The translations under genes were made by a program, and so were the position numbers. A stretch of 64,000 nucleotides of DNA, taken from IMG/VR virus record IMGVR_UViG_3300046616_000314, positions 286,616-350,615 of that record; one strand, given 5' to 3'. Positions 62,644 through 64,000 of the stretch are shown piece after piece. The DNA comes from a virus. The notes beneath the pieces are model-generated. The model had not been told where the DNA came from and made no database searches. It saw nothing but the letters and a program-made list of their open reading frames with translations. Numbering within the stretch: position 1 is the first letter of the stretch; every line of letters begins with the position of its first letter.

Positions 62644-63002
62644 TTGAGTTTGAACATCGTTAGGTCTTCTTCCGTGGCGAAGACGACTTGGCTGTAACCG
62701 GTGTACGGATATTTCGATGCACCACTATGGCAGCGGACAGGATGCATTTCCACGTCATTCTTTTCGCACCATTCATCAATGTCGCCTCTAAGGCGCATGG
62801 TGGACATCGGGTCTGCCAAATCGAATTGACTTATGACAAACGCATACGGAACCCGGATGACCAACGGTAATTGCTCACCCCGGCGGGCTTGCAATCGAAT
62901 TTCGTTTAGGTCGCCCGGTTGGATTATCATCGGAAATAAGTCGAGATTGCGTTGATCGCCATGCGCAACGCACTGAGGTTCAGCAGCAGGAAGCCAGACC
63001 AA
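62634..63002 (-). CDS. small protein of the FKLKW family
   Basis: ...VVFATEEDLTMFKLKWL. Confidence 0.5.
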   Translation of the reverse strand: MVWLPAAEPQCVAHGDQRNLDLFPMIIQPGDLNEIRLQARRGEQLPLVIRVPYAFVISQFDLADPMSTMRLRGDIDEWCEKNDVEMHPVRCHSGASKYPYTGYSQVVFATEEDLTMFKLKWL

Positions 63003-63119
63003 AACATGATGGTCTGAGTCATGATTTCCTTGGGATCGAGATCGGGAAGCTTATCCAGAATCTTACCAGCCATGACAAAGGCTGTCGCCAGGGCAAGAAA
63101 TCCCGCAACGGTCCAGATG

Positions 63120-63509
63120 CTAATCATCTTTTTTATTATACCAGTAATGAACCGAGCCGTTGGCATCCTTGTAGGATTTCTCGTAATCAATACTGATTAC
63201 CTTAGCGAGCCAAGGTGTAATGATTCGATAGTGCTGGGGATGACGTTCTTGATCCATCGTATAGGAAGACATTTTTATAGCCTTCACTGTACGCTTGCCC
63301 GTGGGGGTTTCATACAAATCCCAACGCCACATGACGCCGCTACTAGTTTCACCAAGTACCGTATGCTTAAACACAGGAGTACGTGCATAAATCGCGTCAG
63401 CCTTCAACGCCCGCTTGGCTTCTCGCCAGCGGAAGAATTCGACATACCAACGGACTAAGAAAAAACTCTTGTCCTCGATTTTAGTCAGAGTAGTCATGTA
63501 ACCTATCAT
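63120..63509 (-). CDS. hypothetical protein
   Basis: 129 aa ORF. Confidence 0.4.
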   Translation of the reverse strand: MIGYMTTLTKIEDKSFFLVRWYVEFFRWREAKRALKADAIYARTPVFKHTVLGETSSGVMWRWDLYETPTGKRTVKAIKMSSYTMDQERHPQHYRIITPWLAKVISIDYEKSYKDANGSVHYWYNKKDD

Positions 63510-63915
63510 GCCACTTCATTTTGTAGAGCACAAGATTTTCTTCAGTGTTAAACATAATAAATGCAGGCGGAAGCTTAAACCCGTGGTTCGCCTTGAAGGT
63601 GTCAAATTCGGTGCTATCTGGGAAAGCGATCAAGTCCCAATTGAACTTTCCGACCGTCTCATCAAGCCATTTCTTGATTGACGAGCCGCCTACCGAAAAA
63701 TGCCATTCATCGGTCCAGCCGTAATAGACTTGGATGTTGTCGGGCGTGGGAGCACGCCATTCTGACCACACATGCCCAATCGTGGCTCCGCTATGGGGCG
63801 GATTGCTACTAGTGCCCGGTTGCCCCCATCGATAGCTTGAGGGATGGATCATGTAGCCTTTATCAATCGGTCCCATGAATTTAGAAGTGGCTACGTTCAA
63901 TATCACGTTTGCCAC
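63481..63915 (-). CDS. small protein of the [FY]K[LM]KW family
   Basis: ...FIMFNTEENLVLYKMKWHDRLHDYSD. Confidence 0.5.
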   Translation of the reverse strand: MANVILNVATSKFMGPIDKGYMIHPSSYRWGQPGTSSNPPHSGATIGHVWSEWRAPTPDNIQVYYGWTDEWHFSVGGSSIKKWLDETVGKFNWDLIAFPDSTEFDTFKANHGFKLPPAFIMFNTEENLVLYKMKWHDRLHDYSD

Positions 63916-64000
63916 CCATGAATGCCATAGTCAGAATGTCTTCGAACAATTCGGCACGCACACACCGAGCGGGCATGTTGCGAAACATAGCACGATTGAA

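Noticed and set aside
1-64000. Searched for CRISPR arrays, integrase/att sites, IS elements, rRNA
   Set aside because: No direct-repeat/spacer periodicity, no tyrosine or serine recombinase signatures, and no transposase motifs were seen. The region reads as contiguous phage genome rather than an integrated island.

Overview
This 64 kb window reads as part of a large T4-like myovirus genome. The likely host is an alphaproteobacterium such as a rhizobium, and the GC content looks to be roughly 50% by eye (not counted). The region is almost gap-free, with short co-directional genes and many tiny ORFs, one tRNA, and T4 core genes: a gp23-like major capsid protein, gp20 portal, gp21 prohead protease, gp22 scaffold, a gp67-like core protein, gp44 clamp loader, thymidine kinase, PhoH, RNase H and a GroES-like co-chaperonin. 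The host-related genes point to the Alphaproteobacteria: a Ros/MucR-family regulator and a DUF4170-like small protein. Five features stand out.

1. A compact minus-strand operon encodes a complete Preiss-Handler NAD+ salvage pathway: PncA nicotinamidase, PncB nicotinate phosphoribosyltransferase, a bifunctional NMN/NaMN adenylyltransferase-Nudix enzyme, and a glutamine-dependent NAD synthetase. It sits in an island with other NAD and ADP-ribose enzymes (NADAR, macrodomain, Nudix, a possible ADP-ribosyltransferase-fold protein). I read this as a candidate NAD-reconstitution and de-ADP-ribosylation system acting against host defence.

2. At least 16 small proteins share a C-terminal acidic-then-F[KR]LKW[GS] motif, a lineage-specific paralog expansion.

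3. An RNA-repair pair: an HNH-RNA ligase fusion followed by a polynucleotide kinase-phosphatase with the phosphatase domain first.

4. Two separate homologs of FtsH-modulating membrane proteins, a BI-1/YccA-family protein and an SPFH (HflC-like) lipoprotein, plus a (p)ppGpp hydrolase.

5. A zinc-finger-less Ros/MucR homolog with a Lys/Ala-rich histone-H1-like tail.

Every call below was made by eye from the sequence and the ORF track; none was checked against a database.
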